Program-made: the position numbers and the translations under genes
Virus record (IMG/VR): IMGVR_UViG_3300012928_000006
Span: 1 to 59,310 of that record
From: a virus
Lineage: Duplodnaviria > Caudoviricetes
Strand: one strand, 5' to 3'
Length of the DNA: 59,310 bases
The notes under the pieces: model-generated
Databases searched by the model: none
The model's input: the letters and a program-made list of their open reading frames with translations, nothing else
Told to the model about the DNA's origin: nothing
Part shown: piece after piece, positions 39,201 to 48,900 of the stretch
Layout of the letters: every line of letters begins with the position of its first letter
Position numbering within the stretch: position 1 is the stretch's first letter

Positions 39201-42200
39201 TTGACAACAACACAATTGAATTGTATGAAGGATTTTCATTACTTAACAAAATAGAATTTGCAAGCACTCCTGCTAACAACAATCATAATTTAACAAGAAG
39301 TACAGTTAACATAACTGATAACAGTGTTGTTATTGAAGGACACGGATATACAACAGGTGATGCTATTAGAATCAACACACTATCAGACGGTAGTTCAGCT
39401 AATGCACTACCAATAGTTGATGGTGGCGATCCTATTCCAGATGGTTCAAGATTCTTTGTTGGTTCAATAACCACAAACTCATTTACATTGCACGTATTAC
39501 GTAGTGATGCACTAAGCAGTATAAATGATCTTGTTACAAATCCAGAAGATTTGACAAGCACAGGTGTTGGTAGTGCGAAAAGTACACAAAGTAATGCACA
39601 AGTTACAGGACAAATTAATACTTCAAGTAGATTAAAGAAAAACTGGAATACTCTTGCTGTTACAAACATTGATGCTGAAAATATTATTTCAGGTATTATA
39701 TCACCAAGTAGATTAGGTGGTAGCGGTGTACCAAACAGTGATAGTTTCTTAAGAGGTGATAGTGCATATGCTGTTGTTGTACAAAAACTTAAGAAAGCCA
39801 GCACAACAGACAACCCAATTACACTTACAGGTAGCAGCATAAGCCAAGAGTTTTATAGCACAGTTAGTATTGGTGTAGACAACGTTGACCTTGATCCAGG
39901 AGGAACATTTTCAACATTGGGTGTTTCTAAATTTTTACAATCACAGTTTGATGTAAATTCAAATGCAAGTGGTGAAGTGTTTATTAAAGACGGAATAGTA
40001 GATGCTGGTACACTTGATGGTTTAGACAGTGCATACTTTTTGAATCCTGCAAACTTAACAAGTCCAGTACCTGTAAACAGAGGTGGTACAAACATTACTA
40101 CATACGCTAGAGGTGATTTGTTATATGCAGAAACAACTGGTACACTCAATCCATTAAACATAGGTAGAAACAATGCTATCCTGAAATCAAACGGCGGAAC
40201 ACCTGAATGGGGTACAGCACTTGATCTTGCAGAAGGCCTAGACGTTGGTGCAGCGGCACTTACATCTGGCAGTACTGGTAGCGGTAGCGTATACGATGAA
40301 AATGTAACAAGTTTAAATATTGGCGGTGCAGCAACTAATATTGATATTGGTAGCACAGACGGTACAAGAAACTTATTTCCATTCTTAGCTGGTTACGATG
40401 CAAGTGCAAGCCAAAATGTTGTTGCTAATTTAGCAAGCATTACTGGAACTACAAATGATGCTACAGCAAATGGACTGAACGAAATACCATTAGATGATAC
40501 ATCAAGTGTTCTTACTGGTATGGTTGTTACTGGCAGTGCAAGTATTCCTGCAAATACAACTGTAAGCGGTGTTACTACTGAATACATTTATTTGAGCAAT
40601 AACACAACTGGTACTATTTTAAGTGGACAATCATTAACATTTACATACACACCTAAAACACTTGGTGTTGAAGTAGGTGATACAATTAATATTGGTTCAA
40701 GTACAAAAACTAATTTAGACGGTACTTGGCCAGTGACTGGTGCTACAGCAAACGCTACATCATTTACATTCCAAACAGATGACAACGTTACTTCAAATCC
40801 AGTTGATGCTCCAGCAGGTCAGTTGACTATAAATGCAAATTTTGTTGTAAGAAATCCAAATATGTTTATTGGTAATGCACAAACATCTACAACTCCTGTA
40901 AATGGATTTATAGGTGGCACAAGTGCAGTAGGCATTGACACAGCTGGCGGTAATTTAACATTACAAGCAGGCTTAGGTACAGGTAATGCAACAGGCGGTG
41001 ACTTTATTGTTAGAACTGGTGAATCATTAACTACAAGTGACATTCAACATATTGCAACAACACGTATGACTATTGATACTGCTGGTAAAGCAGCATTTAC
41101 AGGCGAAGTTGAAGTAAACAATAACATAAGCACAACAGAAGCAACTGTTGCATTGTTAGATGATACAGTCACAACTATTAATATGGGTGGAGCAGCCACA
41201 GCAATTGATATTGGTGCAGCAACAGGTACAACTACAATTAAGAATAACTTAGATGTAGATGGCGATGCAAATATTGATGGTGGTGATATAACAACTAATC
41301 AAACTTCTATGAATGTTATAAACGCTAACGCAACAACTGTAAATGCATTTGGCGCAGCTACAACAATTAATATGGGTACTGGCGGAGACGGTGGTGGTAC
41401 TACTACTATTGGACACGATCTAGTAGTTAGCGGTGACCTTACAGTTAATGGTGATACAACAACTATTAATTCAACCGAGCTTACTGTTGATGACAAAACA
41501 ATTACAGTAGCAAGTGGAGCAGCAGATGGTGCAGCAGCTAATGGTGCTGGCTTAGTAGTTGACGGTGCAAATGCAAGTCTACTTTGGGACAACGCAAATA
41601 CAAGTTGGGATAGCACAGAAGACTTCAATCTAGCAAGTGGTAAAGCATATTATATTAACGATGCTAGTGTTCTTAACAGTACAACACTCGGCGGCGCTGT
41701 TGTTAATTCAAGTTTAGAAACACTTGGAACAATTACAACAGGTGTATGGAATGGTACAATTATTAGTCCTACATATGGCGGCACAGGTGTAAACAATGGC
41801 ACTAAAACTATAACTTTAGGTGGAAACTTTACACATAGTGGAGCGCATACATTAACACTTACTACAACAAACAACACAAGTGTTACATTGCCAACAAGCG
41901 GTACACTTGCAGTTACTGGCACAGGTTTGCAACAATTTGCATCAACAACAAGTGCTCAACTAGCAGGTGTTATAAGTGACGAAACAGGCACTGGTGAGCT
42001 AGTATTCAACAACAATCCAAACTTCACAAACAGTGTAACTACTTCAAGTACAAGTTTTGCAGCATTCAATACTAATGCAACTACAGTAAATGCATTTGGC
42101 GCAGCAACTGGATTGAGTTTAGGTGCTACAACAGGTACAACAACTGTTAACAATGCACTGGATGTTTTAGGTAATCTAAGCATTGGTGGACTAAGTGATC

Positions 42201-44701
42201 TTACTGTTAGTGGTGGTACATTTAGTCTTGCAAATACAGGTGCAACAACAGTTAATGCATTTGGTGCAGCCACAACTATTAATATGGGTGCAAGCACTGG
42301 TACAATGAACTTGAACAATGCAAATATTGTTCTCGCAGGCGATTTAGCAGTAAATGGTAACACAATTGATACAGACGAAACAGGTACATTTAACTTACTA
42401 AAAGATAATACAACTGCTATTGCGTTTGGACAGGCTGCTACTGCAATTGTAATTGGTGAAACAACAGGTACAAGTACATTTAGACATAATGTGGCAATTG
42501 ATCAAGATCTTACAATTACAGGAAACTTGGTTATTGGTGCTATTGACGATGTGCCAATTGGACAAAATACACCAGCAGCTGGTGGATTTACAACATTAAG
42601 TGCAAACAACTTTGTAACATTCACAGATGCAACAAATGCAACAGGGACATTTGCAGGTGGTGCAGCAGCAGTAAAAATCACAGGTGGTTTACACGTTGCT
42701 AAAGATATTAAAGCAGATAACTTTATTGGTGATGCTAGTGCAAGTGATTTAACAAGTGGTACTATACCAGATGCTAGAGTTCCATCAAGTGCAATTACAC
42801 AGCACCAAACAGATATTACTGCTACTGGTGCATTGAACGGAGGTTCTATAACATCAGGATTTGGTAATGTTGACATTGGTACAAGTACATTCAGTGGTAA
42901 TGGTAGTGGACTTACAGATTTGTCTGCAACACAATTAACAACTGGAACAATACCAGATAGTAGAATACAGTCAAGCGGCGTGACACAACACCAAGGTGAT
43001 ATTACAGGAGTAGGACAACTTGCTTCAGGTAGTATTTCAAGTGGATTTGGAAATATTGATATTGGAACAAACAGTATAACAGCTACTGGTGCAGCAAGTT
43101 TAGGTTCAACAAACTTTAACGATAATAACTTAACAAATGTTGGAAACATTGCATTAGATAGCTTGAGTGCAGATAATGGTACTTCTATTAGTGTAAATGC
43201 AAACGCAATTGTTACAGTATTGAATACAAGTAGTGCTACAAGTACAACAACAGGTGCTTTGAGAATCAGTGGCGGTATTGGTGTAGCAGGAAACATTTAC
43301 GGTGCTGCAATTTATACTTCAGATGGTAGCAATATACAGTCATTGAATGCAAGTTTCTTGTCAAGTGGTACAGTTCCAAACACAAGAATTGATGGAACAT
43401 ACAGTAACTTAACAGGTACTGGTGCTCTTGATGCTGGTGAGATTACTGCTAACTTTGGTAATATTAACATTGGTACAAGTACATTTACTGGTAACGGTAG
43501 TGGACTAACTAGTGTTGATGCTGACACAGTAGACGGAATAAACAGCACAAGTTTCTTACGTAGTGATGCAGATGATACAGCTACTGGTTTGATAACTGTA
43601 AGCAGAAGCGGAGAAATGCTGAAACTTGCTGATTCAAGTTCAACAGGTAGTCCATACATTGGTTTATGGCAAGCAAGTACACGTAGAGCTTATATTCAAT
43701 ATACAGATACTGGAGATGTTTTACAGTTAGCTAACGAAGGCGGATCAACTAGACTTGATATAGATGGCGGAGTAGGTGGACTTAAATTTATCGAAGGCTC
43801 TAATGAATACACAGTTTGGCACAGTGGTAATGATGGCGCTGGTAGTGGACTGAATGCAGATACAGTAGACGGTATAAGTTCAGGTAGTTTCTTACGCAGC
43901 GATACTAACGATAGTTTCTCAGGAACAATTAGTGGTACAGGAGATATTAACATATCAGGTAACATTACTGCTGCTACATACTCAGGTGATGGTAGTGGAC
44001 TAACAGGTGTTACTGCTACAAACGCAAGCACACTAGACAACTTAGATAGCACACAGTTCTTACGTAGTGATCAAAGTGATACAATGGATGCAGGTGATAA
44101 CACAAAATTAACTATATTGTGTAATGATGCCGGCAATGCAGAGTTAGAACTAAGAGGCGAAGGCCAAGGTACTGGTAGACTATTTGTAGGACAAAGTAGT
44201 GCATACGGTGGTGGTATTGAATACAATGGTGACAACACACCAGCTACTTCAGGTGGCGGTGCGGATAGAATTGTATTATATCGTAGAGACAATGGTACAG
44301 ATGCGTGGACTGCTTATAATAACTACAATGACAACAACTGGGAGTTTAGAGGAGAGGTAACAGCATATTCTTCGGATGCTAGACTGAAAGATGTATCAGG
44401 TAATATTGAAGGTGCTGTGGAAAAAGTCAAAGCTCTAAACGGTGTAATTTATACTTGGAATGATACTGCATTTGAAAAAGGTTTGAAAACTTCTGCTGAT
44501 AGTAATTCTCCAGAAGCAGGTTTGCTTGCCCAAGAAGTGCAAAAAGTATTACCAGAAGTAGTTGCACCTGCTCCGTTTGATAATGAGTATTTGACAATTA
44601 AATACGAGCGTGTTGTACCTTTACTTGTTGAAGCAATTAAAGAACAACAAAGTCAGATTGATGAGCTCAAAGAAATGGTAGCAAAATTGCTTGATAAATA
44701 A
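33266..44701 (+). CDS. Giant tail fibre B (3811 aa): Mtd_N-like start, beta-helix with 3 phycobiliprotein-like repeats, beta-repeat shaft, C-terminal peptidase S74 intramolecular chaperone
   Basis: MATKIRHKRS..L.SGELAINTADGK; FLRSD repeats; AYSSDARLK...GLLAQEVQKVLPEVV...IKYERVVPLLVEAIKEQQ. Confidence 0.8.
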   Translation: MATKIRHKRSAVAGKQPLVSQLESGELAINTADGKVYLLRDDNTVQDITRRVFEGNTQLEVDDLGDSTSAAITATVNNDLKMSITDNGIFTNDDISIENANTLTFKELTGSGADGISLKSPDTLDAGYNLTLPPKVGTVGQLIATDANGNLFFQDADIFGGNVVYVSAEQGDDANDGQSAPVKTVKRACQIASGLVYNADGTTNGVRVNVKVAVGDYTEDNPLIVPDNTVIKGDGLRGCIIRPGNANRDMLRVRNACYFGEFTFRDGIDENQVPLITADYAVAFDDPFDTNITDRADYVNLPNTRPFITTSPYIQNCSILSLLGMNGAKIDGSKITSPNVGFVPQEQENPVVGAIPEQGKSMVANAFTILSFGGTAWRLTNDAYAQIVSCFEIFLLNGVYCQSGGYCSITNSATNFGLYALRSSGYSPKAFEFDRAFVTGTGAFEGLQTVSIVGINRDTPVEEFVLRFREPDYKFANETLLVERDQIAADTVTWINQQIAAASPSIWAGFTYDQAKCERDTGLLVDAIRWDAAFDTNYRSVSSALTYFNGRFPAALFAAQKAQHVEAFTQAKAFTTNVTQVSAYETRVNALWDEIIEILDNDKTFTATTGTTYDPNTGLLVINIGNHNLQIGTSVIIADNSLTFTCASDGNNTQHTYPRSTDPASEKALTISAVTADTITVNVGVSSDTSVHTWVEAVANSITIEGVGVTGLTDPTGYNTSYLTGYGDARTQLENNRNFIIKEITAWIADQVAAEISPFVSTYSYDVAQCENDIGLILDALRYDLTYGGNLQTFDAAIQYFVGTTKQLADGQKATTLAAYARLKEVIGKVILEQTVVKSGGGAHTYVGGTVSNAITITAGSVQRDVTAADYNYITGVMELTIGSHSFTTSDTVTIAANSLTFTCDLDSNSTNHTYPRVGDPAYNTAIAITAVTGTTITVNVGPAGNALTQDTSATPGTTDSANFAKDRIQEIIDYINSDGATPPTKVEPADAWVANQAFVEDKNRLYSEAQKNIGQNVNAYIETQVDAAQWYNFVYDNAKCLRDTKLIVEAVAKDAWDTGNRYSRSAGLSYYNKNIGDSSQITISGQERQTISAINQAKALTLATITNLSTSAQNFVGSRFDIVTTIINDGADLPDAQDVSSEGDITNDFKTNATESTFNAATDVNTTADVFTITGHGFTNLQKVIYDPDNNPPIQGLDAEQTYYIKIVNDDEFTLCFDESGDFAVNVIATSTGTHKFLSGVIEFFVNEITSSHTTYQKLELESGSESYEFVPGRQITGVTGASNNAAIVFSWKPAIRELIVSIEEVAVGQSLLRIQFDETSTITSDHASTPNTTIGVNAAQTQLGLGTATFAVKATDGSSALTNLANLPENQVWFHRPSIVNSSSHTWEYAGSGTDYNALPQNGGNTKAEFEQFEELPGRVYSSGTNELGDFKVGDFITAFNRTGNITFRNKVQVDELDALRLSLSDVAIEEISTSVNLGDDELGGASNARLSTQLAVRAFISNRLGGFVDKTVSTAAVPGAIVQLNTNGQLNGDLIPATRQFTNTNTNGYLSRLQQVDNIPAVDLKAGDIATENYEQVELTLSGNISAADGATISQPTAFGAIGYAKGLYGSSGNILVASIGGEWIVGDDSTGSQFQTGVGNNLFVDGVDSGVYPTNIGVSSQVVDNFFLKSSNSSQFLVLDPTDNYTFTTSTITTLERTSNVTTATTSGAHNLIVGNQISVVCDDNETFETNTTVLSTPSSTQFTYSNVDPDDVASFSVSSGFVGSVVRSADGNAQGRVTETRFGVLSGIDNANIVGGTLYTPTVGNQTYRDVALTNVTGSGSGATADITVTAGQVTDVDIKTGGITYAIGDLLSAANSNLGGTGSGFQIEVTAIEKRAYIDIIGGELFVASSSSVDFVEDNTAVQTARVINLDDIITHNFLAGSSGAGGAVDYTNFRITIPNHGFSNGDPLKYDTLGNTPIGGILNGQVVYAKFIDNNTIELYEGFSLLNKIEFASTPANNNHNLTRSTVNITDNSVVIEGHGYTTGDAIRINTLSDGSSANALPIVDGGDPIPDGSRFFVGSITTNSFTLHVLRSDALSSINDLVTNPEDLTSTGVGSAKSTQSNAQVTGQINTSSRLKKNWNTLAVTNIDAENIISGIISPSRLGGSGVPNSDSFLRGDSAYAVVVQKLKKASTTDNPITLTGSSISQEFYSTVSIGVDNVDLDPGGTFSTLGVSKFLQSQFDVNSNASGEVFIKDGIVDAGTLDGLDSAYFLNPANLTSPVPVNRGGTNITTYARGDLLYAETTGTLNPLNIGRNNAILKSNGGTPEWGTALDLAEGLDVGAAALTSGSTGSGSVYDENVTSLNIGGAATNIDIGSTDGTRNLFPFLAGYDASASQNVVANLASITGTTNDATANGLNEIPLDDTSSVLTGMVVTGSASIPANTTVSGVTTEYIYLSNNTTGTILSGQSLTFTYTPKTLGVEVGDTINIGSSTKTNLDGTWPVTGATANATSFTFQTDDNVTSNPVDAPAGQLTINANFVVRNPNMFIGNAQTSTTPVNGFIGGTSAVGIDTAGGNLTLQAGLGTGNATGGDFIVRTGESLTTSDIQHIATTRMTIDTAGKAAFTGEVEVNNNISTTEATVALLDDTVTTINMGGAATAIDIGAATGTTTIKNNLDVDGDANIDGGDITTNQTSMNVINANATTVNAFGAATTINMGTGGDGGGTTTIGHDLVVSGDLTVNGDTTTINSTELTVDDKTITVASGAADGAAANGAGLVVDGANASLLWDNANTSWDSTEDFNLASGKAYYINDASVLNSTTLGGAVVNSSLETLGTITTGVWNGTIISPTYGGTGVNNGTKTITLGGNFTHSGAHTLTLTTTNNTSVTLPTSGTLAVTGTGLQQFASTTSAQLAGVISDETGTGELVFNNNPNFTNSVTTSSTSFAAFNTNATTVNAFGAATGLSLGATTGTTTVNNALDVLGNLSIGGLSDLTVSGGTFSLANTGATTVNAFGAATTINMGASTGTMNLNNANIVLAGDLAVNGNTIDTDETGTFNLLKDNTTAIAFGQAATAIVIGETTGTSTFRHNVAIDQDLTITGNLVIGAIDDVPIGQNTPAAGGFTTLSANNFVTFTDATNATGTFAGGAAAVKITGGLHVAKDIKADNFIGDASASDLTSGTIPDARVPSSAITQHQTDITATGALNGGSITSGFGNVDIGTSTFSGNGSGLTDLSATQLTTGTIPDSRIQSSGVTQHQGDITGVGQLASGSISSGFGNIDIGTNSITATGAASLGSTNFNDNNLTNVGNIALDSLSADNGTSISVNANAIVTVLNTSSATSTTTGALRISGGIGVAGNIYGAAIYTSDGSNIQSLNASFLSSGTVPNTRIDGTYSNLTGTGALDAGEITANFGNINIGTSTFTGNGSGLTSVDADTVDGINSTSFLRSDADDTATGLITVSRSGEMLKLADSSSTGSPYIGLWQASTRRAYIQYTDTGDVLQLANEGGSTRLDIDGGVGGLKFIEGSNEYTVWHSGNDGAGSGLNADTVDGISSGSFLRSDTNDSFSGTISGTGDINISGNITAATYSGDGSGLTGVTATNASTLDNLDSTQFLRSDQSDTMDAGDNTKLTILCNDAGNAELELRGEGQGTGRLFVGQSSAYGGGIEYNGDNTPATSGGGADRIVLYRRDNGTDAWTAYNNYNDNNWEFRGEVTAYSSDARLKDVSGNIEGAVEKVKALNGVIYTWNDTAFEKGLKTSADSNSPEAGLLAQEVQKVLPEVVAPAPFDNEYLTIKYERVVPLLVEAIKEQQSQIDELKEMVAKLLDK

Positions 44702-44734
44702 TATTAGGGTAGTCAGTTTTATCTGGCTACTTTA

Positions 44735-44763
44735 TTGACAAAAATTAAATATAATGTTATTAT
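44735..44763 (+). promoter_or_regulatory. sigma70 promoter with extended -10
   Basis: TTGACA (44735-44740), 17 nt, TATTAT (44758-44763) preceded by TGn. A hairpin GTAGTCAG/CTGGCTAC and a late TAAATA (44695-44700) lie upstream. Confidence 0.65.
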
Positions 44764-44790
44764 AGCAAGATAACAAAATAGGAAACAAGT

Positions 44791-44961
44791 ATGGCACTAC
44801 CAAATACGGGAAGCACAATTACAATGAGCCAGATATCCAACTACTTTAGTGGACCATCTAGCAACATTAGTTTAGGTGCTGATTTAGGACCATACATAGG
44901 TATATCAAATGGCTCAACAATTTCTATGAGTAGTTCATTTGGTGGATACTATTTTCCTTAA
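44791..44961 (+). CDS. 56-aa fibre-tip/adhesin-N-terminus-like protein (missing from the ORF track)
   Basis: MALPNTGSTITMSQISNYFSGPSSNISLGADLGPYIGISNGSTISMSSSFGGYYFP*; AGGA RBS; directly follows the S74-bearing fibre. Confidence 0.65.
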   Translation: MALPNTGSTITMSQISNYFSGPSSNISLGADLGPYIGISNGSTISMSSSFGGYYFP

Positions 44962-44976
44962 CACACAGGAGAAGTT

Positions 44977-45351
44977 ATGAAAACATTATATGAAGTAATG
45001 AATGTCGATTTAGCTGACGAATATACAAAAGCTAGAAAAATTGCCAAAGGTGCAACACTTAATATGGACAAAGCACTAGCGGACAAAGTTTCAGCAGCTA
45101 TTGCAGAACTTGATATTCCTGAAGACGATGAAAGACATCATTGGATTCAAAAACTTGGCAGATCAGCTGGCGTTGATTTGTTGACGTTGGGAAAAGTACA
45201 GCCTGAAAATATGTTAGCAATGGCAGGATTAGGCGACGATTTTCAAGAAGCTGTAAAAGTTGCTACAAGCACAGCAAGAAAACTCAATCAAAAAACAATC
45301 GACGCTGAAAAAGACTTGAACGAAGAATTGATACCAACAAACACATTATGA
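44977..45351 (+). CDS. Hypothetical protein
   Basis: 124 aa; AGGAG RBS; overlaps the next start. Confidence 0.7.
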   Translation: MKTLYEVMNVDLADEYTKARKIAKGATLNMDKALADKVSAAIAELDIPEDDERHHWIQKLGRSAGVDLLTLGKVQPENMLAMAGLGDDFQEAVKVATSTARKLNQKTIDAEKDLNEELIPTNTL

Positions 45352-45929
45352 AACTAAGTATTTGTGTGCCTTGTAGAGATCAAGTGCATACATTGTTTAC
45401 AAGAAGTTTAGTTAATTTAACTAACAGACTGACACGCAAGGAAATAGATTTTGAATTACATCTATTTGCTGGTAGTGTTATTTGTGAATCAAGGACACGT
45501 TTAGTTGAAGAAGCATTATCTGTAAACAGTGATAAAATATTATTTTTAGACAGCGATATACAATTTCCTTCAAATATGATAGATAAACTGTATTCGCATA
45601 ACAAAGATATTTGTGCTGCAACTTACAGCACAAGATACGAACCAATGCAATCTGTTGCGTTTGTAGATCCAGACAATCCAGCAAAAAGATTAAAAGAAAA
45701 TGGACTACACAAAATTTGGGCAGTAGGAATGGGTTGTATGCTTATAGATATAGATGTTTTCCATACATTACCTAAGCCTTGGTTTGTACACGAATATAAT
45801 AAAATAGACGACTCGTTCAGTGGAGAGGATATATACTTTTGCAATCAAGCAATGCATCACGGCATTGATGTTTGGGTAGACACTGAAATAAAACTAGGGC
45901 ATTTAGGAACAAAGGCTTATACACTATGA
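45348..45929 (+). CDS. GT-A fold (GT2-like) glycosyltransferase
   Basis: LSICVPC, ILFLDSD (DxD), GMGCMLI, GEDIYFC...WVD...GHLG. Confidence 0.75.
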   Translation: MKLSICVPCRDQVHTLFTRSLVNLTNRLTRKEIDFELHLFAGSVICESRTRLVEEALSVNSDKILFLDSDIQFPSNMIDKLYSHNKDICAATYSTRYEPMQSVAFVDPDNPAKRLKENGLHKIWAVGMGCMLIDIDVFHTLPKPWFVHEYNKIDDSFSGEDIYFCNQAMHHGIDVWVDTEIKLGHLGTKAYTL

Positions 45930-48900
45930 GAGCAATTGATAGATTTGAAAAGTTTTCTAAGCCGTTACACAACGGACAAGATCAATTAAAAAACTTAATA
46001 TTTGATAGATATCCTGTTTTGAAAATTGATGACTATTGTAATTTAGACAAAGTGTATGAGCAAAACTTTGATAGTGATTATGTTTGGCTTGTGGATAAAA
46101 ATATAAGAGTGTATGATAGTTTTCCTTGGTGGTTCAAACCACGTGCAATCGACGAAGTACAAATACACGAATTTCCATACGTATATAAAGAAAGTAGAAA
46201 AGTAAAAAGTTGGGACAAAGTTAGATTAGTACCAACAAAAAAAGTTGATACAGAGCCAAGACAGCATATACATATTTGCGGTGAATACGATGTTTATAAA
46301 GGCAACGATAAGTTTGATGCATTTTATATAGGAAGCAATCAAGAGGATATTGACAAACTATCACAAAAAGTTCCACATTTACAAACTGTGGAAAACTGGT
46401 ATGAAGCACAGGCTAAATCATACACAGGTATGTTTTGGGTAGTTTGGGAAGACATTGATGTTAGAGATACATTTAAATTTAGTTATAAACCAGATGAGTG
46501 GAGTCACGACAATGTACACGTTTTTGGTAACGGAGATATAGATACATTAGATGGCGTTGCTTTGTTTCCTAAAAACTATCAAATCACAGACAAAGAACTT
46601 GAACACAGATTTTATATTAACAAAAAAGAAGTAAGGATAATGGCAAGTACTCCTAAGCCTTACAACAAATTTCCTATAAACAGTTACAAAGAATATGAAT
46701 ACGCACTAGAAAAATCAGAAACAGATTTGTTCTGGGGTGTTCCAGATGATATAGAAATTACAGATGATAATGTTTTTAATTTTTATATTGATCATCATAA
46801 TCAAGCTCTAAAAAATAAGAATCACGTTTGGCTTAATAATAACAAATATAATGGACTTGTTTTATTCAGTAAAAATAGTATTGTTTCAAACAAAGAAATA
46901 GAATATAGATTTATTGCTGATAGAATAGAACACGACAGCGTTGTAAGTAAACCTAAACCATTCAATGTTTTTAGTATTAATAATTATAAAGATTATTTAG
47001 ATGCATTAGATAGAACCGAAACGCAAATGTTTTTGGGTGTACCAAGTGATGTTATAGTAAATGACTTTGATATTAATGCATATTTTTACGATGCAGATGA
47101 ATTAGATACTGGTACAACACATTTGTTTTTGAATGGAGAAAATTTTGACGGCGTGGTCTTATTCAGTAAAGGCAATCCTGTAACTGAGAAAGAAGTTGAA
47201 CATAGATTTTATACAAACAAAAAAGAACATAATATAGTTGTAAGTAATCCACGTGCATATGAAAAGTTTGTAATCAACAATTACAATGATTATCTCAGTG
47301 CATTAAAAGAAACAAAATCAGATATGTTTTGGGGAATACCATCTGATGTAGATGTGTGTGAAGATTTTGATTTTGATTTATATTTTAGTCATCATAATAA
47401 ATTTGACAGGGAAATAAATCACGTATTCTTAAACAACGAATTTTATGATGGTGTGGTTTTGTTTAGTAAAAAATCACTTGCTACAGAAAAAGAAGTTGAA
47501 GCACGTTTTTATGTTAACAAAAAAGAATGGAAGACAGTAGCAAGTAATCCAAAAAAATATGAAAAGTTTACAATTTCAAATTATGACGATTACCTACGTG
47601 CAAGAGAACAATCTAAAACAGAAATGTTCTATATGATTTATGATGATATTGTAGTAGTAGATGATTTTAAATTTGACTTATACATAACACATCATAATCA
47701 ATACGAAAGAAAAATTAATCACGTTTGGAAAAATGGAAATTTTTATGATGGCATTGCACTAACAACAAAAAGTATATTACTTACAAAACACGAAATTGAT
47801 TATAGATTTTTAGCTATCAAGAAAGAATACGAACAAGTTGCTAGTGTTGCAGATGGTTTTGATATCGTGTTTATTAGCAACGGTGAAGCAAACGCAGAAC
47901 AAAATTATCAAACATTACTCAAAGCATATCCTAATGCAAAACGTGTAGATAAAGTAAAAGGTATTCACCAAGCTCATATTGCTGCTGCAAAATTAGTTAA
48001 TACAAAAATGTTTTGGGTTGTAGACGGTGATGCAGAAATATTAGAAGATTTTGAATTTGATCATCAAATTGCACACTACGATATAGACGGTTACAAAACT
48101 GTTTTTGTTTGGAGAAGTTTGAATCCTGTAAATGATTTAATATATGGATACGGTGGTGTAAAACTTTTACCCACACAGCTAACAATCGATATGGATGTTG
48201 AAACTGCTGATATGACAACAAGTATTAGTAAAAACTTCAAAGGTATAAACAGAATGAGTAACGTTACTGCATTCAATACAGATGCGTTTAGTGCGTGGCG
48301 TAGTGGATTTAGAGAGTGTGCAAAACTAGCAAGTAAAGCTATAGACAGACAAGTTGATGACGAAACTACTTTTAGATTAAAAGCTTGGTGTTCAAGAGGA
48401 TTTGATAAACCTTTTGGTGCAGAAACTATTGCCGGTGCATACGAAGGAGCAAAATACGGTTTAGCTTTCAAAAATAATAAAGATGCTTTAAGAAAAATAA
48501 ATGATTTTAAATGGCTTAATGATAAATTTAAAAATACATTTGATCCTGATATTACTGAATATAACATAGACTTTTTAGATGAATCAGAAGAAGATTTATT
48601 GATAAAATTCAATCCTGTGGCTAAGTCGATATTTACACAAATAGAAAAGAAACTTGGAAATAATTACAAATATTCTGCTGGTAGTGTAAAAATGATTATA
48701 GACAATGTAGGAGAAATATATTTTGATTCCAAAGGTGTCAAAATTAGTAAAGCATATGCAGATGCAGAAATAATTGTTGATTTAAAGACTGCACTCAAAG
48801 CCCTTGCAGGTGAAGTTGATACGTTAGAACTTTACAAAGCAGGAGACTTAATAGTTGAAGGCGATGTAGAGTTAGCTCAAGACTTTTTTGCTGATTTGAG

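Noticed and set aside
33266-44961. Diversity-generating retroelement, suggested by the Mtd_N-like start of fibre B
   Set aside because: No reverse transcriptase and no TR/VR pair differing only at adenines is visible in the window; Mtd_N is a common anchor domain.
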